Shown piece by piece: positions 24,801-37,454 of a stretch of DNA of 45,079 nucleotides; the first letter of the stretch is position 1, and each line of letters starts with the position of its first letter. A program made the translations under genes and the position numbers. Location: positions 1-45,079 of the forward strand of contig JAUCBJ010002634.1 in the NCBI GenBank assembly GCA_032718475.1. Reading direction: 5' to 3'. This DNA is from Nemertoderma westbladi (Eukaryota; Animalia; Xenacoelomorpha). The notes under the pieces were generated by a model that saw only the letters and a program-made list of their open reading frames with translations, searched no databases and was not told the DNA's origin.

Positions 24801-27800
24801 GTAGGGAAGGGCCTTCGTACATGCCGATACTAGTAGTACTGTAGTAGTAGGGAAGGGCCTTCGTACATGCCGATACTAGTAGTACTGTAGTAGTAGGGAA
24901 GGGCCTTCGTACATGCCGATACTAGTAGTACTGTAGTACTGGGGAAGGGCCTTCGTACATGCCGATACTAGTAGTACTGTAGTAGTAGGGAAGGGCCTTC
25001 GTACATGCCGATACTAGTAGTACTGTAGTAGTAGCGAAGGGCCTTCGTACATGCCGATACTAGTAGTACTGTAGTAGTAGGGAAGGGCCTTCGTACATTC
25101 CGATACTAGTAGTACTGTAGTAGTAGGGAAGGGCCTTCGTACATGCCGATACTAGTAGTACTGTAGTACTAGCGAAGGGCCTTCGTACATTCCGATACTA
25201 GTAGTACTGTAGTACTAGCGAAGGGCCTACGTACATGCCGATACTAGTAGTACTGTAGTAGTAGGGAAGGGCCTTCGTACATGCCGATACTAGTAGTACT
25301 GTAGTACTAGCGAAGGGCCTTCGTACATTCCGATACTAGTAGTACTGTAGTACTAGCGAAGGGCCTTCGTACATGCCGATACTAGTAGTACTGTAGTACT
25401 AGCGAAGGGCCTTCGTACATTCCGATACTAGTAGTACTGTAGTAGTAGGGAAGGGCCTTCGTACATGCCGATACTAGTAGTACTGTAGTACTAGCGAAGG
25501 GCCTTCGTACATTCCGATACTAGTAGTACTGTAGTACTAGGGAAGGGCCTTCGTACATGCCGATACTAGTAGTACTGTAGTACTAGCGAAGGGCCTTCGT
25601 ACATTCCGATACTAGTAGTACTGTAGTACTAGCGAAGGGCCTACGTACATGCCGATACTAGTAGTACTGTAGTAGTAGGGAAGGGCCTTCGTACATGCCG
25701 ATACTAGTAGTACTGTAGTACTAGCGAAGGGCCTTCGTACATTCCGATACTAGTAGTACTGTAGTACTAGGGAAGGGCCTTCGTACATGCCGATACTAGT
25801 AGTACTGTAGTACTAGCGAAGGGCCTTCGTACATTCCGATACTAGTAGTACTGTAGTACTAGCGAAGGGCCTACGTACATGCCGATACTAGTAGTACTGT
25901 AGTAGTAGGGAAGGGCCTTCGTACATGCCGATACTAGTAGTACTGTAGTACTAGCGAAGGGCCTTCGTACATTCCGATACTAGTAGTACTGTAGTAGTAG
26001 GGAAGGGCCTTCGTACATGCCGATACTAGTAGTACTGTAGTACTAGCGAAGGGCCTACGTACATGCCGATACTAGTAGTACTGTAGTAGTAGGGAAGGGC
26101 CTTCGTACATGCCGATACTAGTAGTACTGTAGTACTAGCGAAGGGCCTTCGTACATTCCGATACTAGTAGTACTGTAGTAGTAGGGAAGGGCCTTCGTAC
26201 ATGCCGATACTAGTAGTACTGTAGTACTAGGGAAGGGCCTTCGTACATTCCGATACTAGTAGTACTGTAGTACTAGGGAAGGGCCTTCGTACATGCCGAT
26301 ACTAGTAGTACTGTAGTAGTAGGGAAGGGCCTTCGTACATTCCGATACTAGTAGTACTGTAGTACTAGGGAAGGGCCTTCGTACATTCCGATACTAGTAG
26401 TACTGTAGTACTAGGGAAGGGCCTTCGTACATTCCGATACTAGTAGTACTGTAGTACTAGGGAAGGGCCTTCGTACATGCCGATACTAGTAGTACTGTAG
26501 TACTAGCGAAGGGCCTTCGTACATTCCGATACTAGTAGTACTGTAGTACTAGGGAAGGGCCTTCGTACATGCCGATACTAGTAGTACTGTAGTACTAGCG
26601 AAGGGCCTTCGTACATTCCGATACTAGTAGTACTGTAGTACTAGGGAAGGGCCTTCGTACATGCCGATACTAGTAGTACTGTAGTAGTAGGGAAGGGCCT
26701 TCGTACATTCCGATACTAGTAGTACTGTAGTACTAGCGAAGGGCCTACGTACATGCCGATACTAGTAGTACTGTAGTAGTAGGGAAGGGCCTTCGTACAT
26801 GCCGATACTAGTAGTACTGTAGTAGTAGGGAAGGGCCTTCGTACATTCCGATACTAGTAGTACTGTAGTACTAGCGAAGGGCCTACGTACATGCCGATAC
26901 TAGTAGTACTGTAGTAGTAGGGAAGGGCCTTCGTACATTCCGATACTAGTAGTACTGTAGTACTAGGGAAGGGCCTTCGTACATTCCGATACTAGTAGTA
27001 CTGTAGTAGTAGGGAAGGGCCTTCGTACATTCCGATACTAGTAGTACTGTAGTAGTAGGGAAGGGCCTTCGTACATTCCGATACTAGTAGTACTGTAGTA
27101 CTAGGGAAGGGCCTTCGTACATGCCGATACTAGTAGTACTGTAGTACTAGCGAAGGGCCTTCGTACATTCCGATACTAGTAGTACTGTAGTACTAGGGAA
27201 GGGCCTTCGTACATGCCGATACTAGTAGTACTGTAGTAGTAGGGAAGGGCCTTCGTACATTCCGATACTAGTAGTACTGTAGTACTAGGGAAGGGCCTTC
27301 GTACATGCCGATACTAGTAGTACTGTAGTAGTAGGGAAGGGCCTTCGTACATTCCGATACTAGTAGTACTGTAGTAGTAGGGAAGGGCCTTCGTACATTC
27401 CGATACTAGTAGTACTGTAGTACTAGCGAAGGGCCTACGTACATGCCGATACTAGTAGTACTGTAGTACTAGCGAAGGGCCTTCGTACATTCCGATACTA
27501 GTAGTACTGTAGTAGTAGGGAAGGGCCTTCGTACATTCCGATACTAGTAGTACTGTAGTAGTAGGGAAGGGCCTTCGTACATTCCGATACTAGTAGTACT
27601 GTAGTAGTAGGGAAGGGCCTTCGTACATTCCGATACTAGTAGTACTGTAGTAGTAGGGAAGGGCCTTCGTACATTCCGATACTAGTAGTACTGTAGTAGT
27701 AGGGAAGGGCCTTCGTACATTCCGATACTAGTAGTACTGTAGTAGTAGGGAAGGGCCTTCGTACATGCCGATACTAGTAGTACTGTAGTAGTAGGGAAGG

Positions 27801-30800
27801 GCCTTCGTACATGCCGATACTAGTAGTACTGTAGTAGTAGGGAAGGGCCTTCGTACATTCCGATACTAGTAGTACTGTAGTAGTAGGGAAGGGCCTTCGT
27901 ACATTCCGATACTAGTAGTACTGTAGTAGTAGGGAAGGGCCTTCGTACATTCCGATACTAGTAGTACTGTAGTAGTAGGGAAGGGCCTTCGTACATTCCG
28001 ATACTAGTAGTACTGTAGTAGTAGGGAAGGGCCTTCGTACATTCCGATACTAGTAGTACTGTAGTAGTAGGGAAGGGCCTTCGTACATTCCGATACTAGT
28101 AGTACTGTAGTAGTAGGGAAGGGCCTTCGTACATTCCGATACTAGTAGTACTGTAGTAGTAGGGAAGGGCCTTCGTACATTCCGATACTAGTAGTACTGT
28201 AGTACTAGCGAAGGGCCTTCGTACATGCCGATACTAGTAGTACTGTAGTAGTAGGGAAGGGCCTTCGTACATTCCGATACTAGTAGTACTGTAGTAGTAG
28301 GGAAGGGCCTTCGTACATGCCGATACTAGTAGTACTGTAGTAGTAGGGAAGGGCCTTCGTACATTCCGATACTAGTAGTACTGTAGTACTAGGGAAGGGC
28401 CTTCGTACATGCCGATACTAGTAGTACTGTAGTAGTAGGGAAGGGCCTTCGTACATTCCGATACTAGTAGTACTGTAGTAGTAGGGAAGGGCCTTCGTAC
28501 ATTCCGATACTAGTAGTACTGTAGTACTAGCGAAGGGCCTACGTACATGCCGATACTAGTAGTACTGTAGTACTAGCGAAGGGCCTTCGTACATTCCGAT
28601 ACTAGTAGTACTGTAGTACTAGCGAAGGGCCTTCGTACATTCCGATACTAGTAGTACTGTAGTACTAGCGAAGGGCCTTCGTACATGCCGATACTAGTAG
28701 TACTGTAGTAGTAGGGAAGGGCCTTCGTACATTCCGATACTAGTAGTACTGTAGTAGTAGGGAAGGGCCTTCGTACATTCCGATACTAGTAGTACTGTAG
28801 TACTAGGGAAGGGCCTTCGTACATTCCGATACTAGTAGTACTGTAGTACTAGCGAAGGGCCTACGTACATGCCGATACTAGTAGTACTGTAGTAGTAGGG
28901 AAGGGCCTTCGTACATGCCGATACTAGTAGTACTGTAGTAGTAGGGAAGGGCCTTCGTACATGCCGATACTAGTAGTACTGTAGTAGTAGGGAAGGGCCT
29001 TCGTACATGCCGATACTAGTAGTACTGTAGTAGTAGGGAAGGGCCTTCGTACATGCCGATACTAGTAGTACTGTAGTAGTAGGGAAGGGCCTTCGTACAT
29101 GCCGATACTAGTAGTACTGTAGTAGTAGGGAAGGGCCTTCGTACATGCCGATACTAGTAGTACTGTAGTAGTAGGGAAGGGCCTTCGTACATTCCGATAC
29201 TAGTAGTACTGTAGTACTAGCGAAGGGCCTTCGTACATGCCGATACTAGTAGTACTGTAGTAGTAGGGAAGGGCCTTCGTACATGCCGATACTAGTAGTA
29301 CTGTAGTAGTAGGGAAGGGCCTTCGTACATGCCGATACTAGTAGTACTGTAGTAGTAGGGAAGGGCCTTCGTACATGCCGATACTAGTAGTACTGTAGTA
29401 GTAGGGAAGGGCCTTCGTACATGCCGATACTAGTAGTACTGTAGTAGTAGGGAAGGGCCTTCGTACATGCCGATACTAGTAGTACTGTAGTACTAGGGAA
29501 GGGCCTTCGTACATGCCGATACTAGTAGTACTGTAGTAGTAGGGAAGGCGCCTTCGTACATGCCGATACTAGTAGTACTGTAGTAGTAGGGAAGCGCCTT
29601 CGTACATGCCGATACTAGTAGTACTGTAGTAGTAGGGAAGGGCCTTCGTACATTCCGATACTAGTAGTACTGTAGTAGTAGGGAAGCGCCTTCGTACATT
29701 CCGATACTAGTAGTACTGTAGTAGTAGGGAAGGGCCTTCGTACATGCCGATACTAGTAGTACTGTAGTAGTAGGGAAGGGCCTTCGTACATTCCGATACT
29801 AGTAGTACTGTAGTAGTAGGGAAGGGCCTTCGTACATGCCGATACTAGTAGTACTGTAGTAGTAGGGAAGGGCCTTCGTACATGCCGATACTAGTAGTAC
29901 TGTAGTAGTAGGGAAGGGCCTTCGTACATTCCGATACTAGTAGTACTGTAGTAGTAGGGAAGGGCCTTCGTACATGCCGATACTAGTAGTACTGTAGTAG
30001 TAGGGAAGGGCCTTCGTACATTCCGATACTAGTAGTACTGTAGTAGTAGGGAAGGGCCTTCGTACATGCCGATACTAGTAGTACTGTAGTAGTAGGGAAG
30101 GGCCTTCGTACATGCCGATACTAGTAGTACTGTAGTAGTAGGGAAGGGCCTTCGTACATGCCGATACTAGTAGTACTGTAGTACTAGCGAAGGGCCTTCG
30201 TACATGCCGATACTAGTAGTACTGTAGTAGTAGGGAAGGGCCTTCGTACATTCCGATACTAGTAGTACTGTAGTACTAGGGAAGGGCCTTCGTACATGCC
30301 GATACTAGTAGTACTGTAGTAGTAGGGAAGGGCCTTCGTACATTCCGATACTAGTAGTACTGTAGTAGTAGGGAAGGGCCTTCGTACATGCCGATACTAG
30401 TAGTACTGTAGTAGTAGGGAAGGGCCTTCGTACATGCCGATACTAGTAGTACTGTAGTAGTAGGGAAGGGCCTTCGTACATGCCGATACTAGTAGTACTG
30501 TAGTACTAGCGAAGGGCCTTCGTACATGCCGATACTAGTAGTACTGTAGTAGTAGGGAAGGGCCTTCGTACATTCCGATACTAGTAGTACTGTAGTACTA
30601 GGGAAGGGCCTTCGTACATGCCGATACTAGTAGTACTGTAGTAGTAGGGAAGGGCCTTCGTACATGCCGATACTAGTAGTACTGTAGTAGTAGGGAAGGG
30701 CCTTCGTACATGCCGATACTAGTAGTACTGTAGTAGTAGGGAAGGGCCTTCGTACATTCCGATACTAGTAGTACTGTAGTAGTAGGGAAGGGCCTTCGTA

Positions 30801-33800
30801 CATGCCGATACTAGTAGTACTGTAGTAGTAGGGAAGGGCCTTCGTACATTCCGATACTAGTAGTACTGTAGTAGTAGGGAAGGGCCTTCGTACATGCCGA
30901 TACTAGTAGTACTGTAGTAGTAGGGAAGGGCCTTCGTACATTCCGATACTAGTAGTACTGTAGTAGTAGGGAAGGGCCTTCGTACATGCCGATACTAGTA
31001 GTACTGTAGTAGTAGGGAAGGGCCTTCGTACATGCCGATACTAGTAGTACTGTAGTAGTAGGGAAGGGCCTTCGTACATGCCGATACTAGTAGTACTGTA
31101 GTAGTAGGGAAGGGCCTTCGTACATTCCGATACTAGTAGTACTGTAGTACTAGGGAAGGGCCTTCGTACATGCCGATACTAGTAGTACTGTAGTAGTAGG
31201 GAAGGGCCTTCGTACATGCCGATACTAGTAGTACTGTAGTAGTAGGGAAGGGCCTTCGTACATTCCGATACTAGTAGTACTGTAGTAGTAGGGAAGGGCC
31301 TTCGTACATGCCGATACTAGTAGTACTGTAGTAGTAGGGAAGGGCCTTCGTACATTCCGATACTAGTAGTACTGTAGTAGTAGGGAAGGGCCTTCGTACA
31401 TGCCGATACTAGTAGTACTGTAGTAGTAGGGAAGGGCCTTCGTACATGCCGATACTAGTAGTACTGTAGTAGTAGGGAAGGGCCTTCGTACATTCCGATA
31501 CTAGTAGTACTGTAGTAGTAGGGAAGGGCCTTCGTACATGCCGATACTAGTAGTACTGTAGTAGTAGGGAAGGGCCTTCGTACATTCCGATACTAGTAGT
31601 ACTGTAGTAGTAGGGAAGGGCCTTCGTACATGCCGATACTAGTAGTACTGTAGTAGTAGGGAAGGGCCTTCGTACATTCCGATACTAGTAGTACTGTAGT
31701 ACTAGGGAAGGGCCTTCGTACATGCCGATACTAGTAGTACTGTAGTAGTAGGGAAGCGCCTTCGTACATTCCGATACTAGTAGTACTGTAGTAGTAGGGA
31801 AGGGCCTTCGTACATGCCGATACTAGTAGTACTGTAGTAGTAGGGAAGGGCCTTCGTACATTCCGATACTAGTAGTACTGTAGTAGTAGGGAAGGGCCTT
31901 CGTACATGCCGATACTAGTAGTACTGTAGTACTAGCGAAGGGCCTTCGTACATTCCGATACTAGTAGTACTGTAGTACTAGGGAAGGGCCTTCGTACATG
32001 CCGATACTAGTAGTACTGTAGTACTAGGGAAGGGCCTTCGTACATGCCGATACTAGTAGTACTAGCGAAGGGCCTACGTACATGCCGATACTAGTAGTAC
32101 TGTAGTAGTAGGGAAGGGCCTTCGTACATGCCGATACTAGTAGTACTGTAGTAGTAGGGAAGGGCCTTCGTACATGCCGATACTAGTAGTACTGTAGTAG
32201 TAGGGAAGGGCCTTCGTACATGCCGATACTAGTAGTACTGTAGTACTAGCGAAGGGCCTTCGTACATGCCGATACTAGTAGTACTGTAGTAGCGAAGGGC
32301 CTTCATACATGCCGATACTAGTAGTACTGTAGTAGCGAAGGGCCTTCGTACATGCCGATACTAGTAGTACTGTAGTACTAGCGAAGGGCCTACGTACATG
32401 TCGATACTAGTAGTACTGTAGTAGTAGGGAAGGGCCTTCGTACATGCCGATACTAGTAGTACTGTAGTAGCGAAGGGCCTTCGTACATGCCGATACTAGT
32501 AGTACTGTAGTACTAGCGAAGGGCCTACGTACATGTCGATACTAGTAGTACTGTAGTAGTAGGGAAGGGCCTTCGTACATGCCGATACTAGTAGTACTGT
32601 AGTAGCGAAGGGCCTTCATACATGCCGATACTAGTAGTACTGTAGTAGCGAAGGGCCTTCGTACATGCCGATACTAGTAGTACTGTAGTACTAGCGAAGG
32701 GCCTACGTACATGTCGATACTAGTAGTACTGTAGTAGTAGGGAAGGGCCTTCGTACATGCCGATACTAGTAGTACTGTAGTAGTAGGGAAGGGCCTTCGT
32801 ACATGCCGATACTAGTAGTACTAGGGAAGGGCCTTCGTACATGCCGATACTAGTAGTACTGTAGTACTAGCGAAGGGCCTACGTACATGCCGATACTAGT
32901 AGTACTGTAGTACTAGCGAAGGGCCTACGTACATGCCGATACTAGTAGTACTGTAGTAGCGAAGGGCCTTCGTACATACCGATACCAGTAGTACTGTAGT
33001 ACTAGGGAAGGGCCTTCGTACATGCCGATACTAGTAGTACTGTAGTAGTAGGGAAGGGCCTTCGTACATGTCGATACTAGTAGTACTGTAGTAGTAGGGA
33101 AGGGCCTTCGTACATGTCGATACTAGTAGTACTGTAGTAGTAGGGAAGGGCCTTCGTACATGCCGATACTAGTAGTACTGTAGTACTAGCGCAGGGCCTT
33201 CGTACATGCCGATACTAGTAGTACTGTAGTACTAGGGAAGGGCCTTCGTACATGCCGATACTAGTAGTACTGTAGTAGCGAAGGGCCTTCGTACATGCCG
33301 ATACTAGTAGTACTAGGGAAGGGCCTTCGTACATGCCGATACTAGTAGTACTAGGGAAGGGCCTTCGTACATGCCGATACTAGTAGTACTGTAGTACTAG
33401 CGAAGGGCCTACGTACATGCCGATACTAGTAGTACTGTAGTACTAGCGAAGGGCCTTCGTACATGCCGATACTAGTAGTACTGTAGTACTAGCGAAGGGT
33501 CTTAGTACATGCCGATACTAGAAGTACTGTAGTAGCGAATGGCCTTCGTACATGCCGATACTAGTAGTACTGTAGTACTAGCGAAGGGCCTTCGTACATG
33601 CCGATACTAGTAGTACTAGGGAAGGGCCTTCGTACATGCCGATACTAGTAGTACTAGCGAAGCGCCTTCGTACATGTCGATACTAGTAGTACTGTAGTAC
33701 TAGGGAAGGGCCTTCGTACATGCCGATACTAGTAGTACTAGGGAAGGGCCTTCGTACATGCCGATACTAGTAGTACTAGCGAAGGGCCTTCGTACATGTC

Positions 33801-36800
33801 GATACTAGTAGTACTGTAGTACTAGGGAAGGGCCTTCGTACATGCCGATACTAGTAGTACTGTAGTAGTAGGGAAGGGCCTTCGTACATGCCGATACTAG
33901 TAGTACTAGCGAAGGGCCTTCGTACATGCCGATACTAGTAGTACTGTAGTACTAGCGCAGGGCCTTCGTACATTCCGATACTAGTAGTACTGTAGTACTA
34001 GGGAAGGGCCTACGTACATGCCGATACTAGTAGTACTGTAGTACTAGCGAAGGGCCTTCGTACATGCCGATACTAGTAGTACTGTAGTACTAGCGCAGGG
34101 CCTTCGTACATTCCGATACTAGTAGTACTGTAGTACTAGGGAAGGGCCTACGTACATGCCGATACTAGTAGTACTGTAGTACTAGGGAAGGGCCTTCGTA
34201 CATGCCGATACTAGTAGTACTGTAGTACTAGGGAAGGGCCTTCGTACATGCCGATACTAGTAGTACTAGCGAAGGGCCTTCGTACATGCCGATACTAGTA
34301 GTACTGTAGTACTAGCGCAGGGCCTTCGTACATTCCGATACTAGTAGTACTGTAGTACTAGGGAAGGGCCTTCGTACATGCCGATACTAGTAGTACTGTA
34401 GTACTAGCGAAGGGCCTTCGTACATGCCGATACTAGTAGTACTGTAGTACTAGCGAAGGGTCTTAGTACATGCCGATACTAGTAGTACTGTAGTAGCGAA
34501 TGGCCTTCGTACATGCCGATACTAGTAGTAATGTACTAGCGAAGGGCCTTCGTACATGCCGATACTAGTAGTACTGTAGTACTAGGGAAGGGCCTTCGTA
34601 CATGCCGAAACTAGTAGTACTAGCGAAGCGCCTTCGTACATGCCGATACTAGTAGTACTGTAGTACTAGCGAAGGGCCTTCGTACATGCCGATACTAGTA
34701 GTACTGTAGTACTAGCGAAGGGCCTTCGTACATGCCGATACTAGTAGTACTGTAGTACTAGCGAAGGGCCTTCGTACATGCCGATACTAGTAGTACTGTA
34801 GTACTAGGGAAGGGCCTTCGTACATGCCGATACTAGTAGTACTAGTGAAGCGCCTTCGTACATGCCGATACTAGTAGTACTGTAGTACTAGCGAAGGGCC
34901 TTCGTACATGCCGATACTAGTAGTACTGTAGTACTAGCGAAGGGCCTTCGTACATGCCGGTACTAGTAGTACTGTAGTACTAGCGAAGGGCCTTCGTACA
35001 TGCCGGTACTAGTAGTACTGTAGTACTAGCGAAGGGCCTTCGTACATGCCGATACTAGTAGTACTGTAGTACTAGGGAAGGGCCTTCGTACATGCCGATA
35101 CTAGTAGTACTGTAGTACTAGCGAAGGGCCTTCGTACATGCCGATACTAGTAGTACTGTAGTACTAGCGAAGGGCCTTCGTACATGCCGATACTAGTAGT
35201 ACTGTAGTAGCGAAGGGCCTTCGTACATGCCGGTACTAGTAGTACTGTTGTACTAGCGAAGGGCCTTCGTACATGCCGATACTAGTAGTACTGTAGTACT
35301 AGCGAAGGGCCTTCGTACATGCCGGTACTAGTAGTACTGTTGTACTAGCGAAGGGCCTTCGTACATGCCGGTACTAGTAGTACTGTTGTACTAGCGAAGG
35401 GCCTTCGTACATGCCGATACTAGTAGTACTGTAGTACTAGCGAAGGGCCTTCGTACATGCCGATACTAGTAGTACTGTAGTACTAGCGAAGGGCCTTCGT
35501 ACATGCCGATACCAGTAGTACTGTAGTAGCGAAGGGCCTTCGTACATGCCGGTACTAGTAGTACTGTAGTACTAGGGAAGGGCCTTCGTACATGCCGGTA
35601 CTAGTAGTACTGTTGTACTAGCGAAGGGCCTTCGTACATGCCGATACTAGTAGTACTGTAGTACTAGCGAAGGGCCTTCGTACATGCCGATACTAGTAGT
35701 ACTGTAGTACTAGCGAAGGGCCTTCGTACATGCCGATACCAGTAGTACTGTAGTAGCGAAGGGCCTTCGTACATGCCGGTACTAGTAGTACTAGCGAAGG
35801 GCCTTCGTACATGCCGGTACTAGTAGTACTGTAGTACTAGCGAAGGGCCTTCGTACATGCCGATACTAGTAGTACTGTTGTACTAGCGAAGGGCCTTCGT
35901 ACATGCCGATACTAGTAGTACTGTAGTAGCGAAGGGCCTTCGTACATGCCGGTACTAGTAGTACTGTAGTACTAGCGAAGGGCCTTCGTACATGCCGGTA
36001 CTAGTAGTACTGTAGTACTAGCGAAGGGCCTTCGTACATGCCGGTACTAGTAGTACTGTAGTACTAGCGAAGGGCCTTCGTACATGCCGGTACTAGTAGT
36101 ACTGTAGTACTAGCGAAGGGCCTTCGTACATGCCGATACTAGTAGTACTGTTGTACTAGCGAAGGGCCTTCGTACATGCCGGTACTAGTAGTACTGTAGT
36201 ACTAGCGAAGGGCCTTCGTACATGCCGATACTAGTAGTACTGTTGTACTAGCGAAGGGCCTTCGTACATGCCGGTACTAGTAGTACTGTAGTACTAGCGA
36301 AGGGCCTTCGTACATGCCGATACTAGTAGTACTGTTGTACTAGCGAAGGGCCTTCGTACATGCCGATACTAGTAGTACTGTTGTACTAGCGAAGGGCCTT
36401 CGTACATGCCGGTGCTAGTAGTACTGTAGTACTAGCGAAGGGTCTTCGTACATGCCGATACTAGTAGTACTGTAGTAGCGAAGGGCCTTCGTACATGCCG
36501 ATACTAGTAGTACTGTAGTACTAGGGAAGGGCCTTCGTACATGCCGATACTAGTAGTACTGTAGTAGCGAAGGGCCTTCGTACATGCCGGTACTAGTAGT
36601 ACTGTAGTACTAGCGAAGGGTCTTCGTACATGCCGATACTAGTAGTACTGTAGTAGCGAAGGGCCTTCGTACATGCCGATACTAGTAGTACTGTAGTACT
36701 AGGGAATGGCCTTCGTACATGCCGATACTAGTAGTACTGTAGTACTAGCGAAGGGCCTTCGTACATGCCGATACTAGTAGTACTGTAGTACTAGGGAAGG

Positions 36801-36945
36801 GCCTTCGTACATGCCGATACTAGTAGTACTGTAGTACTAGCGAAGGGTCTTCGTACATGCCGATACTAGTAGTACTGTAGTACTAGCGAAGGGCCGTCGT
36901 ACATGCCGGTACTAGTAGTACTGTAGTACTAGCGAAGGGCCTACG
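6779..36945. repeat. Intronic tandem satellite/minisatellite array, 46-bp unit, ~660 copies (estimated from length)
   Basis: Consensus GCGAAGGGCCTTCGTACATGCCGATACTAGTAGTACTGTAGTACTA, with period 46 (e.g. 6971 to 7017). It is uninterrupted and single-orientation, with 38-bp (loss of one GTAGTACT) and 43-bp (loss of CTA) variants. Confidence 0.99.
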
Positions 36946-36970
36946 AACGTGTTGCACATTCAGTACATAC

Positions 36971-37115
36971 CGTATGTTTCTTTCCGTCAGTTGTCATGGT
37001 GAGAGGTTTATACGTGAGTTCGTAGGGTTTCTGTTGTTGAGGTCCCACCGACAACGCGTCAGCACCAGTCCAATATTCCCCATTGATAGACGGCCTCAGA
37101 TCCCACGCATTATTC
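36971..37115 (-). CDS. HYDIN: HYDIN exon (145 nt)
   Basis: NNAWDLRPSINGEYWTGADALSVGPQQQKPYELTYKPLTMTTDGKKHT; TTGCAG acceptor and GTATGT donor. It joins in frame to GSVFF.. at 6090 across the array. Confidence 0.93.
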
Positions 37116-37454
37116 CTGCAACAAGATACATATATTGTAATACAGTATACTGTATAATAAATATAGGGAACAACTGTGGTATGCGAGATGGTAAAATCAC
37201 CATGGCCAACATTGTTTAACATAACAACCTGGTGCATGTTGTCCAGGTGATTAGAGCGTTACCAAGTTTTTTAACACCTCCATCCTAACACCTCCGTGTC
37301 AGTCACAAAATATGAGGTGAGGCAGCACCACTATACAGCCAGCACCAGCGAACATCTACAATACCGGGGCCTCCAACCAAATACAGTGTGTTTGTAAGTA
37401 CAAGTAAGTTTCAAGGTCAACCCAAGGACTGCTATACTACAGGACTGGCACACT

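Noticed and set aside
6779-36945. CRISPR array (palindromic repeats at fixed period)
   Set aside because: No unique spacers, as the entire unit repeats; no cas genes; the context is a spliced eukaryotic gene.
6779-36945. Protein-coding repeat
   Set aside because: The 46-bp period cycles frames, and TAG stops occur on both strands in every unit; no ORF is called.
6779-36945. Recursive-splicing ratchet points in the array
   Set aside because: The HYDIN-sense unit has YAG followed by T (CAG|TAC, TAG|TAT), not AG|GT, and no polypyrimidine tract.
6779-36945. Telomeric repeat or pure assembly artefact
   Set aside because: It is flanked by in-frame HYDIN exons on both sides, and the position-specific variant domains are not what a collapsed or looped assembly would produce. 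The exact length still needs spanning reads.
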